In this document: positions 10,087-19,590 of the stretch, piece after piece
Layout of the letters: each line of letters opens with the position of its first letter
Numbering within the stretch: position 1 is the stretch's first letter
DNA from: Bacteroidia bacterium
Lineage (GTDB): Bacteria > Bacteroidota > Bacteroidia > 2-12-FULL-35-15
Assembly: GCA_039937835.1 (NCBI GenBank)
Contig: JBDTFR010000101.1
Span: 3,098-67,097 of the forward strand
Direction of reading: 5' to 3'
Length of the DNA stretch: 64,000 bases
Made by a program: the position numbers and the translations under genes
The notes under the pieces: model-generated
What the model saw: the letters and a program-made list of their open reading frames with translations, nothing else
What the model was told of the DNA's origin: nothing
The model's database searches: none

Positions 10087-10965
10087 TTAACTATTAATGG
10101 TTGTCAACATTTTACTTTTATCGCCCGTTTTTAATGCATATACATGCTGTTTTACTCTTTCTGCCCAATATTCAGGTAGTTTGTCATCCGTAAATGTTTG
10201 CCATGCTATTGGCTCACCAAATATAAATGTAATGGTTTTACCTTTTTGTTTGTACATTTCATCCACTAAATAGAACATTTCTATGTTGGCTTTAATACCT
10301 ATCTTTTTTCTCCAGTAAGCTAAGTTGTAAAAGAAATTAGAATTACGGCCTCCTATATATACTGGAATAATATTCTTTTTGTATTTAACTGCTTTGGTAA
10401 TAAAGCTTTTTTGCCAGGTTAAATCTAAAATTTGTTTATCATCTTGTTTACGTGAAACGAGGCCTGCAGGGAATAATAATAAACAGTAAGTAGAAGAATA
10501 GATTTCTTCAAATTTTTGAGTGTAGGTGGCGGAGTTACGGCCTAACTTGTTTACAGGGATAAAAATATTACCAAAATTTTTAAGATGCAGTAATAAATCA
10601 TTTACAAAAAAACGAATATCTTTTCGAAACTGACCGGCTGCTTTCATAAAAGCAATACCATCTAAGCCTCCTAAAGGATGGTTGGCTACCATAATAATAC
10701 CTCCTGAAGATGGGATATTTTTTTCGCCAGTAACACTTATCGTTGCTCCAAATTCAGCTAAAGCGCAATCTGCAAAATCTAATTCGTATTGATCTCTAAA
10801 TCTATAATTTGCATCGTTTAAATCTTCCTCATGAATTGTTTTTTTTATATATTTTAATAAAAAACCAGGAAGAAACTTTAATAATCTCGGATTTTTATTC
10901 CTGATTATTTTCTCTATGTCGATAATTTTTGGAATATCTGTTTTAGTTGCTAAGGGTGGTGGCAT
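10087..10965 (-). CDS. Lysophospholipid-type O-acyltransferase (OlsA/GlsA-like)
   Basis: VANHPLGGLDG acyltransferase block and LLFPAGLVSRK. The ATG at 10965 is preferred over the TTG at 10977. Confidence 0.7.
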   Translation of the reverse strand: MPPPLATKTDIPKIIDIEKIIRNKNPRLLKFLPGFLLKYIKKTIHEEDLNDANYRFRDQYELDFADCALAEFGATISVTGEKNIPSSGGIIMVANHPLGGLDGIAFMKAAGQFRKDIRFFVNDLLLHLKNFGNIFIPVNKLGRNSATYTQKFEEIYSSTYCLLLFPAGLVSRKQDDKQILDLTWQKSFITKAVKYKKNIIPVYIGGRNSNFFYNLAYWRKKIGIKANIEMFYLVDEMYKQKGKTITFIFGEPIAWQTFTDDKLPEYWAERVKQHVYALKTGDKSKMLTTINS

Positions 10966-11230
10966 ATGAGTTTGCAAGTATCTTATTATTGCGAAATTAA
11001 CAAAATTTTATGGAAAATTCATTTATTTGAAAGACCTAAAACCGTAAAAGAATTTTTTCATTTTCTTCTAAATTATAGCTATTGAGCAAGTTATTTGATG
11101 TTTTTATAGGACTTTAGTTAACCTTTGTATCAGAAATTGTAACCTTACCAACGTTTTTATAGTTAAAAATTATAGTATTTAAATAGGTAGCTTAATCAAT
11201 GCAGATTGAAAAACTTTTATTTTTTAAAAA

Positions 11231-13180
11231 ATGGAGCAAATTATTTACAAAATAGGGCGCAGCAGAATTATAAAGATTGCATTTATCCTATGTAATTTGT
11301 GCATACATAATAGCATCGCTCAGGAAAGTAATTATCCCACTCCTGAGGAAGTTAAAGCGAAGGAAGAAGGTCTTGAAAAAATGGGTTGGCAAACACCTAT
11401 TGGTAAAATAAATTCAGCGAGCCCCTTAATGGTAACAGGACCCATGCAAGATTGTGCTGGTGCAATACCTGTTTGTGCACAATCATATACACAAAGTTCT
11501 TCTTATTCAGGAAATGGTTCAATAAGCGAAGTGCCTACTACGACATGTTTGAAGAGTGGAGAAAAAAATTCTGTATGGTATATCTTCAATACTCAATCAG
11601 CAGGTAATTTTGGTTTTACTTTAGCTACTGCAAAAGACTACGATTATGCATTGTATGACATAACTACTATAGGTTGCTCAGGAATACCTAGCGCTACTCC
11701 AACAGTTTGTAATTATTCAGGGGCAATTGGAAATACGGGTATGTCAAGTGCAGGGTCGGGTACGTCACAACCCGCAGGTGGAAATGCATTTTGTGCGCTT
11801 TTTTCAGTTTCTGCTGGACAAACGTATGCGCTCATCATTAGTAATTATACTGGCGATGCTAGTGGCTATACTCTTACTTTCCCTTCAACGGCAGGTTATG
11901 CTTCTATTACGGATGTGACTCCACCTACTATAAATCCTCCTAATGCAATTACCAACAATTGTGATAATACATTTAACATCACTCTTTCAGAACCAATAAA
12001 ATGTAGTTCTATTTCAAGTGATGGTAGCGATTTTACAATTTCAAATAGTGGAACTATTACTGCTGCAAGCGGTATTGGTTGTGACGTTAATGGATTAACT
12101 AGTCAAATACAAGTTACCTATACAGCTCCTACTTCAAGAACATATACCGTTGGAATTAAAACGGGAAGCGATGGCAATACCTTGTTGGATAATTGTAGTA
12201 ATGCAATGAGTACTAGCCAAACCACCACATTTAATCATTTAATTAATTTGAGTTTAACTGCTAGCGTAAGTAGTATTTGCGTTAGTGGTTCAGCTGTAAC
12301 GCTAACAACCACAGGTGCAAATGCTGGTGGTACCTATACATTAAACCCAGGGGGAGTTACCAATACTACTGGAATTTTTACAGTTAACCCCACGGTTACT
12401 ACTACCTATATTGTTTCTGTAACGTATGGTGGTTGTACTCAAACTGCAACTAACATCGTAACGGTAATATCAAATATTGTAGCTGCTATTAGCCCTATTA
12501 ATCCAACTATTTGCAGCGGTACAACTACATTAACTGCATCTTCATTAATAAATGGTTCAACGTGTTCCACTTGTACATACTCTTGGAGTTCTGGAGCAAC
12601 AACCAATGCTATTACAGTAGGCTCTGGAACCTATACCGTTACCGTTACCAAACCTGGTGCAACCTGCACGGGCTCAGCAACGTCAACGGTTACCTTAACT
12701 TCGGGTTCGAGTTCCAATTGTAACATAATTTATGTTTCACCTTTAGGAGTTGGTGATGGAGCGACTGCTACTACACCCACCTCCATTAATAACGCTTTAA
12801 CGGCTGCGGTTTGCAACGGCGCTATTATTAAAATGCAAGTAGGTAATTACCCCATTTCAAATAAATTGGTTGTAAGCAGTTATGTAACATTAGAGGGTGG
12901 ATACAATATTGGATTTACCACAAAAACAAGTGATATGAGCTCTGGAAATGCTACCACCATTAAGCGTAATGCAACCCCTGATGGAGGAACTGGATTAGTT
13001 GTTACCGCTTTTGAAGTTTCACCGTCACAAACAGGGTTCCGTTTTCAGGATTTACGAATTGAAATTGCCGATGCTGCGGCGGGTGCAAAAATATCAAACT
13101 ATGGAATAAAACTAGGAGCGAGTTGTACCACTTACAACATTGTGAGATGTTATATTGATGCTGGGCAGGGGTCAGACTAA
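11231..13180 (+). CDS. Large secreted Ser/Thr/Gly-rich surface protein (Ig-like repeats, start of a beta-helix-like region) with no C-terminal sorting domain
   Basis: N-terminal signal (IIKIAFILCNLCIHNSIAQ). It has a Cys-rich N-domain (CAGAIPVC...CLKSGEKNSVWYIF...DYDYALYD) seen at the N-termini of many Bacteroidota gliding/T9SS proteins. Repeated C..G...LTA Ig-like modules follow. It ends abruptly in ...YGIKLGASCTTYNIVRCYIDAGQGSD. Confidence 0.7.
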   Translation: MEQIIYKIGRSRIIKIAFILCNLCIHNSIAQESNYPTPEEVKAKEEGLEKMGWQTPIGKINSASPLMVTGPMQDCAGAIPVCAQSYTQSSSYSGNGSISEVPTTTCLKSGEKNSVWYIFNTQSAGNFGFTLATAKDYDYALYDITTIGCSGIPSATPTVCNYSGAIGNTGMSSAGSGTSQPAGGNAFCALFSVSAGQTYALIISNYTGDASGYTLTFPSTAGYASITDVTPPTINPPNAITNNCDNTFNITLSEPIKCSSISSDGSDFTISNSGTITAASGIGCDVNGLTSQIQVTYTAPTSRTYTVGIKTGSDGNTLLDNCSNAMSTSQTTTFNHLINLSLTASVSSICVSGSAVTLTTTGANAGGTYTLNPGGVTNTTGIFTVNPTVTTTYIVSVTYGGCTQTATNIVTVISNIVAAISPINPTICSGTTTLTASSLINGSTCSTCTYSWSSGATTNAITVGSGTYTVTVTKPGATCTGSATSTVTLTSGSSSNCNIIYVSPLGVGDGATATTPTSINNALTAAVCNGAIIKMQVGNYPISNKLVVSSYVTLEGGYNIGFTTKTSDMSSGNATTIKRNATPDGGTGLVVTAFEVSPSQTGFRFQDLRIEIADAAAGAKISNYGIKLGASCTTYNIVRCYIDAGQGSD

Positions 13181-13229
13181 TTACTGAGTGAGTATAACAT
13201 CTTTTTTTAGTTAAACAAAAATTTATACA

Positions 13230-16200
13230 ATGAAACAATTTTATCACATTTTTAAAGTACAGCTTACGGTTATTATCACTGTAATATTGCTTGTTGTAAA
13301 TGTGAACAATGGGCTAGCACGAAGTGGTGCTATTTTAGAAAATATACAGAGTGATAGCAGCGCTTCTATAATTTTTAGAGCTCCTTCTTATTGTTCTACT
13401 GGCGGAAAGACTGGTGAAAATTATGGTATTACGGAGGTTATTTTTAACACAATAGACAATTCAACTGCAACTAATCTTGCTTACACAGACTATACGGCTA
13501 GCCAAATTACTTCTGTAATAAAAGGAAACTCTTATAACATTAACGCCTATATTAATACTGTGGGGAACTATACATTTTATTCGCGGGTGTGGATAGATTG
13601 GAATCAAGACGGTACGTTTAATAGCACTACAGAGCAGTATGATTTAGGTACAGTTACCAATAAAGCTAGTGGATTAAGTACCTTATGTCCACTTTCTATT
13701 ACGGTTCCAGCAACTGCTACGCTGGGTACAACACGTATGCGCATAACTACGGGTTACGGTGCTGCATACCCAGACCCTTGCAGGGCATTGGGGTCTTTTA
13801 GTGGTGAAACAGAAGATTATGGAATTACGGTATCAAACCCTCCCGGTGCATCTTATGGAATATACGCTCCAGGAGTTATTTCGGGTATTACTGATTGCGA
13901 AATATATGCTCAAGGAGGTAGCGGAACAGCGGGCTGTTTAGTTTGTAGCCCAACAGATGCTGCTTATGTGAATAAGACTATTAGTACCTTTCCTGTTATT
14001 ACAGCAACCAATGTTTCCTGTACAAATAAAAGCATAACACTTGCTACAGCAGCGTCTTCACCAACTTGGTCAGGCTCGTCACCAATAAGTGGCTCAGGTG
14101 CGTCTACCAACGTAACATTTACAACTACTGGAAGAAAAGACGTTACCATGACTAGCGGAGTGACCTGTCCTAGTGCAGCAAGCCCAACTGCTAGCCCCAA
14201 CGCTACCATTCCTGACTATTCTTGCTCCGGTGGCATAAGCAGTAATATTGTTATTTCCGGTTATACGGGTTGTACAATAAACACAGCTAACATTACCGTA
14301 CTGGTAAATATTACCCATACACGTGTTTATGATTTAGTATTGTTTCTCATAGCTCCTAACGGAAAAATACTATCTCTGGCGGCGCACAATAGCCCTAGTG
14401 GTGGTGCGAATTTCACAAATACAATTTTTTCTGATGCTGGTTCATCTAATATTTCCAGCGGTACTGCACCTTATACAGGCACCTATAAGCCCCGCGGGTA
14501 TATAGGTACAGATTGTAAAACTTCAGATGTAGCTACATTTGCAGCTATAGCTGGAGCTGGTTACAATCCAACTGGAACATGGACTTTGTTTGTTTCAGAT
14601 GGAGCGCCCAGTAATCCGGGAGGAATATTGTTGAACTGGACGCTTAATTTACCTGCTGCCACAGGTGGCGGTTTTGGTGCATCTACCTACACCGGTTTCA
14701 CCAACATGATGATGGCACCTCCTTCCTCTGGCACTATCACAGGTACAGCCAACGGTTGTCCAGATTTATACAATTATGCAAGCAGTACTGCTGGAACTCC
14801 CGGTATCACTTATTCTTGGTCTATTTCCCCCACTACAGGTGTTACGATAACATCACCTACAGCTAGTGCTACAGATATAACCTTTCCTAATTCTACAACC
14901 ACCTATACGGTTACTTGTACACCAAATTCAGAGTGCTGTGGTGCTTTAACTGCGGTAACCTATACCACCACGATTAATGCTTCACCTGTTGTACCTACTG
15001 CATCAGCAAGTAATGCAAGCCCCTGTACAGGAGGAACAACTACTTTAACTGCTACCGCACCTGCCAGTTCCAGTTATGCTTGGTATGATGATCCAACTAA
15101 GGGTAACTTACTGGGGACAGGAGCTTCATATACTATTCCTTCTGTAACAACTGGTTTAACCATCTATTATGTGGAAGCCGTAAATGTTAAAGGTTGCGCA
15201 AGTACCGCCCGTAAGGCTGTTAACGTTACAGGTACGGTAACCACCACGCCCACTACCAGTGGAGGAGTCTCTCGTTGTGGAGCAGGAGTGGTTACCTTAA
15301 GTATAAGTTCTCCTCAAGCAGGTTATATTTATACTTGGTATACAGGTTCTTGTGGTGGCACTCAAGTACAATCTAATACCAGTAGTACTTATACGAGCAC
15401 TTTAAGCAGCACCACTACCTACTATGTTAGTGCAACCGCACCGGGCTGTAGTCCCAGTAGTTGTGCTACAGTTACAGCTACGGTTAATGCAAGTCCACCT
15501 AGTCTTACGTGGTTAGGTACTACTTCAGGTGCCAACAATTGGTTTACTCCTAGCAACTGGGTAGGTGGTTGTTTGCCGAGTTGCGGAAGTAATGTTACTA
15601 TTCCTGCTACTTCAAACAACCCCGATATCGGTTTTAATGCCGCTGGTGGAGCCGCCTGTAAAAACCTTGTTTTACAAGCAAGCGCTGTTCTTTCTTTTTC
15701 AGATTCAAAAGCGGAGTTAAGTATTTGTGGCAATTTTACACATACTGGTACTTTTACCAGTAATAATAAAGGAGTTGTATTATTTATAGGTACCACTGCA
15801 CAAACGTATATTAAAACTGGTGCAGGAGATTTAAACAGTGTAGTGCTAAATAATTCAGCAGGTACACCCACTCTTACCTTAAGTTCAGATATGACGTTGG
15901 GTAGTGCTGGTAATTTTACTTTTCAACGTGGTAAAGTAATAACAGGCACCAACAATTTAATTATAAAGAACACAGAAAATACTTCTATAGATGGGTACAA
16001 TGCAACTAGTTATGTAGAAGGGAATTTAAGGCGATACATTAACTCAGGAGCTACTGGCTCGTATGATTTCCCGGTAGGTCAAAGTACTCAAGGTTATCAG
16101 TTGGCTGGTATAGAATTTACACAAGCCCCGAGTAGTATTAGCTATTTAACAGCCAATTTTCAGATGTATGGCTCTTTACCAGGTCCATTAAATTTATGGG

Positions 16201-17069
16201 ATGGGCCAACCACCTGTTCTGGTATATATAATCAAAATGCGTTAAATAATGGTTATTGGACAATTAGTGCCAATACAGCGAATAACAATAGTGGTATGTA
16301 TAATATGACATTGTATAGTACAACTTATTCAAACAATTATAGTGGTTATACCATAATGAGTAAGCATAATGGTAGTAGTAGTTGGGGCTTGGTGAATGGC
16401 GATGGTAGTATAGGGAATTGTGTGCAATCTCCCATAACAGCGGTAAGAAGAAATAATATGAAAGGCTTTTCGTCTTTTGGAATAGCGCAAGGAAGCAATC
16501 CTTTGCCAATCGAATTATTATTTTTTGCAGCTGGGTATAATAATAAATCAGTAGATGTAACTTGGAGTACAGCTAGTGAAAAGAACAATAATTATTTTAC
16601 GATAGAGCGTTCACAAGATGCACAAAATTTTATAGTAATAGGAAAAGTAGCCTCAAAAGCGATTGCAGGTAATAGTATAACAACTCTTAATTATTTTTTT
16701 AAAGATATAGATGTTAAACCGGGAGTATATTATTATCGATTAAAACAAACCGATTTTGATGGACAATATGTTTACTCCGCCTTAGCTACGGTAACAATTG
16801 ATGGCGAAGAAGAAAACAATGTTATGATTGTAAAACCTAACCCAACCATAGGTAAAGCCGATATAGTATATATCGCTAAAAATACAACGTATTCGCAATT
16901 AAGTGTATTAGATAGTAGAGGTGAATTAATACTATCAGAAAAAATACGATCAGAAAAAGGAAATAATAAATATACAATTGATTTAAGTAAACACATCGAT
17001 GGCATTTATTACATTATGTTATCTGTAGAAGATAAAGTATATAAATCAAAAATATTTAAAAATCAGTAA
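13230..17069 (+). CDS. Giant T9SS-secreted surface protein: GEVED domain, proprotein-convertase P-domain, Ig-like repeats, type-A CTD
   Basis: Signal peptide (KVQLTVIITVILLVVNVNNGLA). GETEDYGITV (GEVED). The P-domain reads ITHTRVYDLVLFLIAPNGK...FSDAG...YTGTYKP...GTWTLFVSD...LLNWTLNL. The C-terminus KPNPTIGKADIVY...GIYYIMLSVEDKVYKSKIFKNQ is a T9SS CTD. Confidence 0.85.
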   Translation: MKQFYHIFKVQLTVIITVILLVVNVNNGLARSGAILENIQSDSSASIIFRAPSYCSTGGKTGENYGITEVIFNTIDNSTATNLAYTDYTASQITSVIKGNSYNINAYINTVGNYTFYSRVWIDWNQDGTFNSTTEQYDLGTVTNKASGLSTLCPLSITVPATATLGTTRMRITTGYGAAYPDPCRALGSFSGETEDYGITVSNPPGASYGIYAPGVISGITDCEIYAQGGSGTAGCLVCSPTDAAYVNKTISTFPVITATNVSCTNKSITLATAASSPTWSGSSPISGSGASTNVTFTTTGRKDVTMTSGVTCPSAASPTASPNATIPDYSCSGGISSNIVISGYTGCTINTANITVLVNITHTRVYDLVLFLIAPNGKILSLAAHNSPSGGANFTNTIFSDAGSSNISSGTAPYTGTYKPRGYIGTDCKTSDVATFAAIAGAGYNPTGTWTLFVSDGAPSNPGGILLNWTLNLPAATGGGFGASTYTGFTNMMMAPPSSGTITGTANGCPDLYNYASSTAGTPGITYSWSISPTTGVTITSPTASATDITFPNSTTTYTVTCTPNSECCGALTAVTYTTTINASPVVPTASASNASPCTGGTTTLTATAPASSSYAWYDDPTKGNLLGTGASYTIPSVTTGLTIYYVEAVNVKGCASTARKAVNVTGTVTTTPTTSGGVSRCGAGVVTLSISSPQAGYIYTWYTGSCGGTQVQSNTSSTYTSTLSSTTTYYVSATAPGCSPSSCATVTATVNASPPSLTWLGTTSGANNWFTPSNWVGGCLPSCGSNVTIPATSNNPDIGFNAAGGAACKNLVLQASAVLSFSDSKAELSICGNFTHTGTFTSNNKGVVLFIGTTAQTYIKTGAGDLNSVVLNNSAGTPTLTLSSDMTLGSAGNFTFQRGKVITGTNNLIIKNTENTSIDGYNATSYVEGNLRRYINSGATGSYDFPVGQSTQGYQLAGIEFTQAPSSISYLTANFQMYGSLPGPLNLWDGPTTCSGIYNQNALNNGYWTISANTANNNSGMYNMTLYSTTYSNNYSGYTIMSKHNGSSSWGLVNGDGSIGNCVQSPITAVRRNNMKGFSSFGIAQGSNPLPIELLFFAAGYNNKSVDVTWSTASEKNNNYFTIERSQDAQNFIVIGKVASKAIAGNSITTLNYFFKDIDVKPGVYYYRLKQTDFDGQYVYSALATVTIDGEEENNVMIVKPNPTIGKADIVYIAKNTTYSQLSVLDSRGELILSEKIRSEKGNNKYTIDLSKHIDGIYYIMLSVEDKVYKSKIFKNQ

Positions 17070-17123
17070 CTAGTATTAATGCCCTTATAAAAAATTAGCT
17101 AGCTTGTAGGTAGCAGATTACGA

Positions 17124-19520
17124 CTATACTTTTATAGATAATTGCAATGCTATTGTTCTAGGTGATTCTATTTTTAAGGGTCGTAACGAATAACTTAGAT
17201 TCAGCAAATTGTTTACAGCCAAAGACACTTTTATTTTTTTTGAAAGTGCTGCTCCTACTCGTGCATCAAAAATATGAGTATCTGCACGGTGCTTTTCTCT
17301 GTATTTTTTAATACCAAAACCCAACAAGTGATCTAATGAATAAAAGGTTTGATCTATCTGTTTCATATAACTGTAATAATGCCAACTACCACCAATAGAA
17401 AAGAGTTTGTAGTTGAGCTGAAAATCTGCTTTAGCAATATGTTGATAACGGTATTTTAAAATATTCTTTGTATCTGTAGTGTCTGTTCGCGTATAAAAAT
17501 AAGACATAGGATTACCTTGTGCATCTTTTATGTACACTTCTTTTGGGTTAATACTTTGCGGTAGCGCGTAAGTATACCCTCCAATAATATTAATGGATAT
17601 ATTTTTTGAAATATTTCCCCCGCCCATTATAGATAATTCTATTCCACGTACACGGGTGTTGCCTGTATTTATATATTTAAATCCGGGATGATAGGAAGTA
17701 GTGTCTTTTAAATCCCGCTCCCATAAGCCATACGAAAATTCAATTGTATTTTTATACTCTTGCCAAAAAGCGGCGACATCAATAAAGCCTAAAAAATTAT
17801 TAATTTTAAACCCTTGCTTTAACCCTACTTCGGTACTCCAACTTGTTTCTGCTTGCAACGCTGGATTAGGGAATATATTTAACCCACCCGTATTTGTTCG
17901 AATGAATTTTTCGGTAACAGTAGGGTATCTATACCCTTGTCCATAGCTATAACGCAAAAATGTAGCAGGGCTTAATTTTAAGTTTAACCCTGAACGTAAA
18001 ATGGGTTTTACTACCATCTCTTCATTATTCATTTTAAAGTATTCGCCTCTAAAACCTAACGATGCATTTAAAACGTTCCAAATTTTTTTATCTAATTGTG
18101 TATAGGCTGCATAATTTTGTAAACGATTATCTGTTGAGTTACCATTGTTGAATAATGCACCATGAACAATTGTTTGATTCATTACTAAACCGCCAGTGAT
18201 GTTTAAATTTTCTACTATCGATAGTTTTTTATTGAATTGATATTCGCTATATAGCACATTACTTTCATTAGATTGATTATTGGTTAACTCGTTTTTAGAA
18301 TAATAATAACGTGTACGTAAACTGTGATTGAGTCCACCTTTGGTATAGTAATTTATAAAAGGATCTAAATAAAAAATAGTCTGATTTTGCAAGGTCATTG
18401 TTTTAGGAAATGCTCTGTATATTCCAGAAGTATCATTATCCCAAATCAACGAAAAATTATTACTTGATTGCATAAAATTACTATTGATTCCATAATTTAG
18501 ATTGGTGTAATTTTTAGGTCGGTATCGTAAATTAAAATTTAATCGTCCTGTTTTTTCACCTACTTGTTTTTCAGAAATAGTATCGTTTATATTGCCGAGG
18601 TAGGGGTGGTATGATGATGGGCCTATGAAGCCATGATCGTATATGCCCATACCACCAATTACAAAATCAATTTGTTTAAATTTTTGTGAATGAACAAAAT
18701 TAGCTCCTGAAAAATTTGCAACGCCTTTCCACCACTTTGCACTATCTACAGATGGGCTAGAATAAATACCAGAATAAATATTGACTTTGGTTTCGGGCGT
18801 ATCTTTCGGATACATGGTTCTTACGTTAATGCTTCCACTTAAAGCAGATGAACCGTAAGTAACAGAAGAAGCTCCTTTTATTATTTCTACTTGTTCTATG
18901 TTTTCAACGGGTATAAAATTCCATTCTGGCCTACCCGAATGCCCTGCTAAGGCAGGAAGCCCATCAATTAGTAAGGCTACTCTACTTCCCACCCCAAAAC
19001 TAAACCCACTACCACCTCGTATTTGTGGCTCGCCATCTAATATATTTAAGCCAGGTACTTGGTCCAAAGCTGATTTTATATTTCTTGTATTTTTGTTTTC
19101 AATTAGCGTAGGTTTTATTACTTCCATAGATACAGTAATGTCTTCTAAGGGTTGCTCGTATTTTCCTGCTGAAATAACCATAGTGTGTAATTGAGTCTCA
19201 GCTGGTTTTAAAAGTACATTGTATTCAGCTGCTTTCAAAGAATCAATAAATACATAAAAGGTATCGGCTTTCATCCCTATAAAAGAACAAATCATTTTAT
19301 GTTTACCTAAATTTAATCGTAATTCATAGTTACCTGATGCATCACTTACAGTACCTCTTGTAAAATCAATTGCATCATATATATTAGCTCCTGTAATAGC
19401 TTCTTTATTACCGATATCTATAATTGTTCCTTTTAATACTCCATACGATTGACTGTATATATGGGTAGGAGCTAATAACAATATAATAGTAGAAATTAAA
19501 ATGAAATTATATTTTTTCAT
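17124..19520 (-). CDS. TonB-dependent outer-membrane receptor with an N-terminal carboxypeptidase-regulatory-like domain
   Basis: 798 aa. Signal peptide, GTIIDIGNKEAITGANIY (CarboxypepD_reg-like), plug motifs (IEQVEIIKGASSVTYGSSALSGSINV) and a long beta-barrel with YGQGYRYPT. Confidence 0.88.
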   Translation of the reverse strand: MKKYNFILISTIILLLAPTHIYSQSYGVLKGTIIDIGNKEAITGANIYDAIDFTRGTVSDASGNYELRLNLGKHKMICSFIGMKADTFYVFIDSLKAAEYNVLLKPAETQLHTMVISAGKYEQPLEDITVSMEVIKPTLIENKNTRNIKSALDQVPGLNILDGEPQIRGGSGFSFGVGSRVALLIDGLPALAGHSGRPEWNFIPVENIEQVEIIKGASSVTYGSSALSGSINVRTMYPKDTPETKVNIYSGIYSSPSVDSAKWWKGVANFSGANFVHSQKFKQIDFVIGGMGIYDHGFIGPSSYHPYLGNINDTISEKQVGEKTGRLNFNLRYRPKNYTNLNYGINSNFMQSSNNFSLIWDNDTSGIYRAFPKTMTLQNQTIFYLDPFINYYTKGGLNHSLRTRYYYSKNELTNNQSNESNVLYSEYQFNKKLSIVENLNITGGLVMNQTIVHGALFNNGNSTDNRLQNYAAYTQLDKKIWNVLNASLGFRGEYFKMNNEEMVVKPILRSGLNLKLSPATFLRYSYGQGYRYPTVTEKFIRTNTGGLNIFPNPALQAETSWSTEVGLKQGFKINNFLGFIDVAAFWQEYKNTIEFSYGLWERDLKDTTSYHPGFKYINTGNTRVRGIELSIMGGGNISKNISINIIGGYTYALPQSINPKEVYIKDAQGNPMSYFYTRTDTTDTKNILKYRYQHIAKADFQLNYKLFSIGGSWHYYSYMKQIDQTFYSLDHLLGFGIKKYREKHRADTHIFDARVGAALSKKIKVSLAVNNLLNLSYSLRPLKIESPRTIALQLSIKV

Positions 19521-19529
19521 ATAACTATA

Positions 19530-19568
19530 AAAATAACAAGGGCTGCTAATAGATTAATTAGCAGCCTT
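19530..19568 (-). terminator. Rho-independent terminator after the proximal PCMD/T9SS gene
   Basis: GGCTGCTAAT...ATTAGCAGCC stem (19541-19566). On the minus strand a T-rich tract (TTGTTATTTTTAT) follows. Confidence 0.55.
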
Positions 19569-19590
19569 TGTTAGTCGTTTAAATTAAAAA

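Noticed and set aside
11727-17005. Ten short ORFs inside or antisense to the two giant surface-protein genes (e.g. 11727-11918, 12511-12723, 13002-13247, 13964-14209, 15422-15871, 16264-16588, 16772-17005)
   Set aside because: All are nested in much longer ORFs that have clear domain content. Their translations are low-complexity and lack start context. They are typical artefacts of repetitive Thr/Ser/Gly coding sequence.
19521-19590. Riboswitch (e.g. cobalamin or TPP) in front of the TonB-dependent receptor
   Set aside because: The spacer is only 70 nt and is fully accounted for by a terminator hairpin. There is no room for an aptamer.
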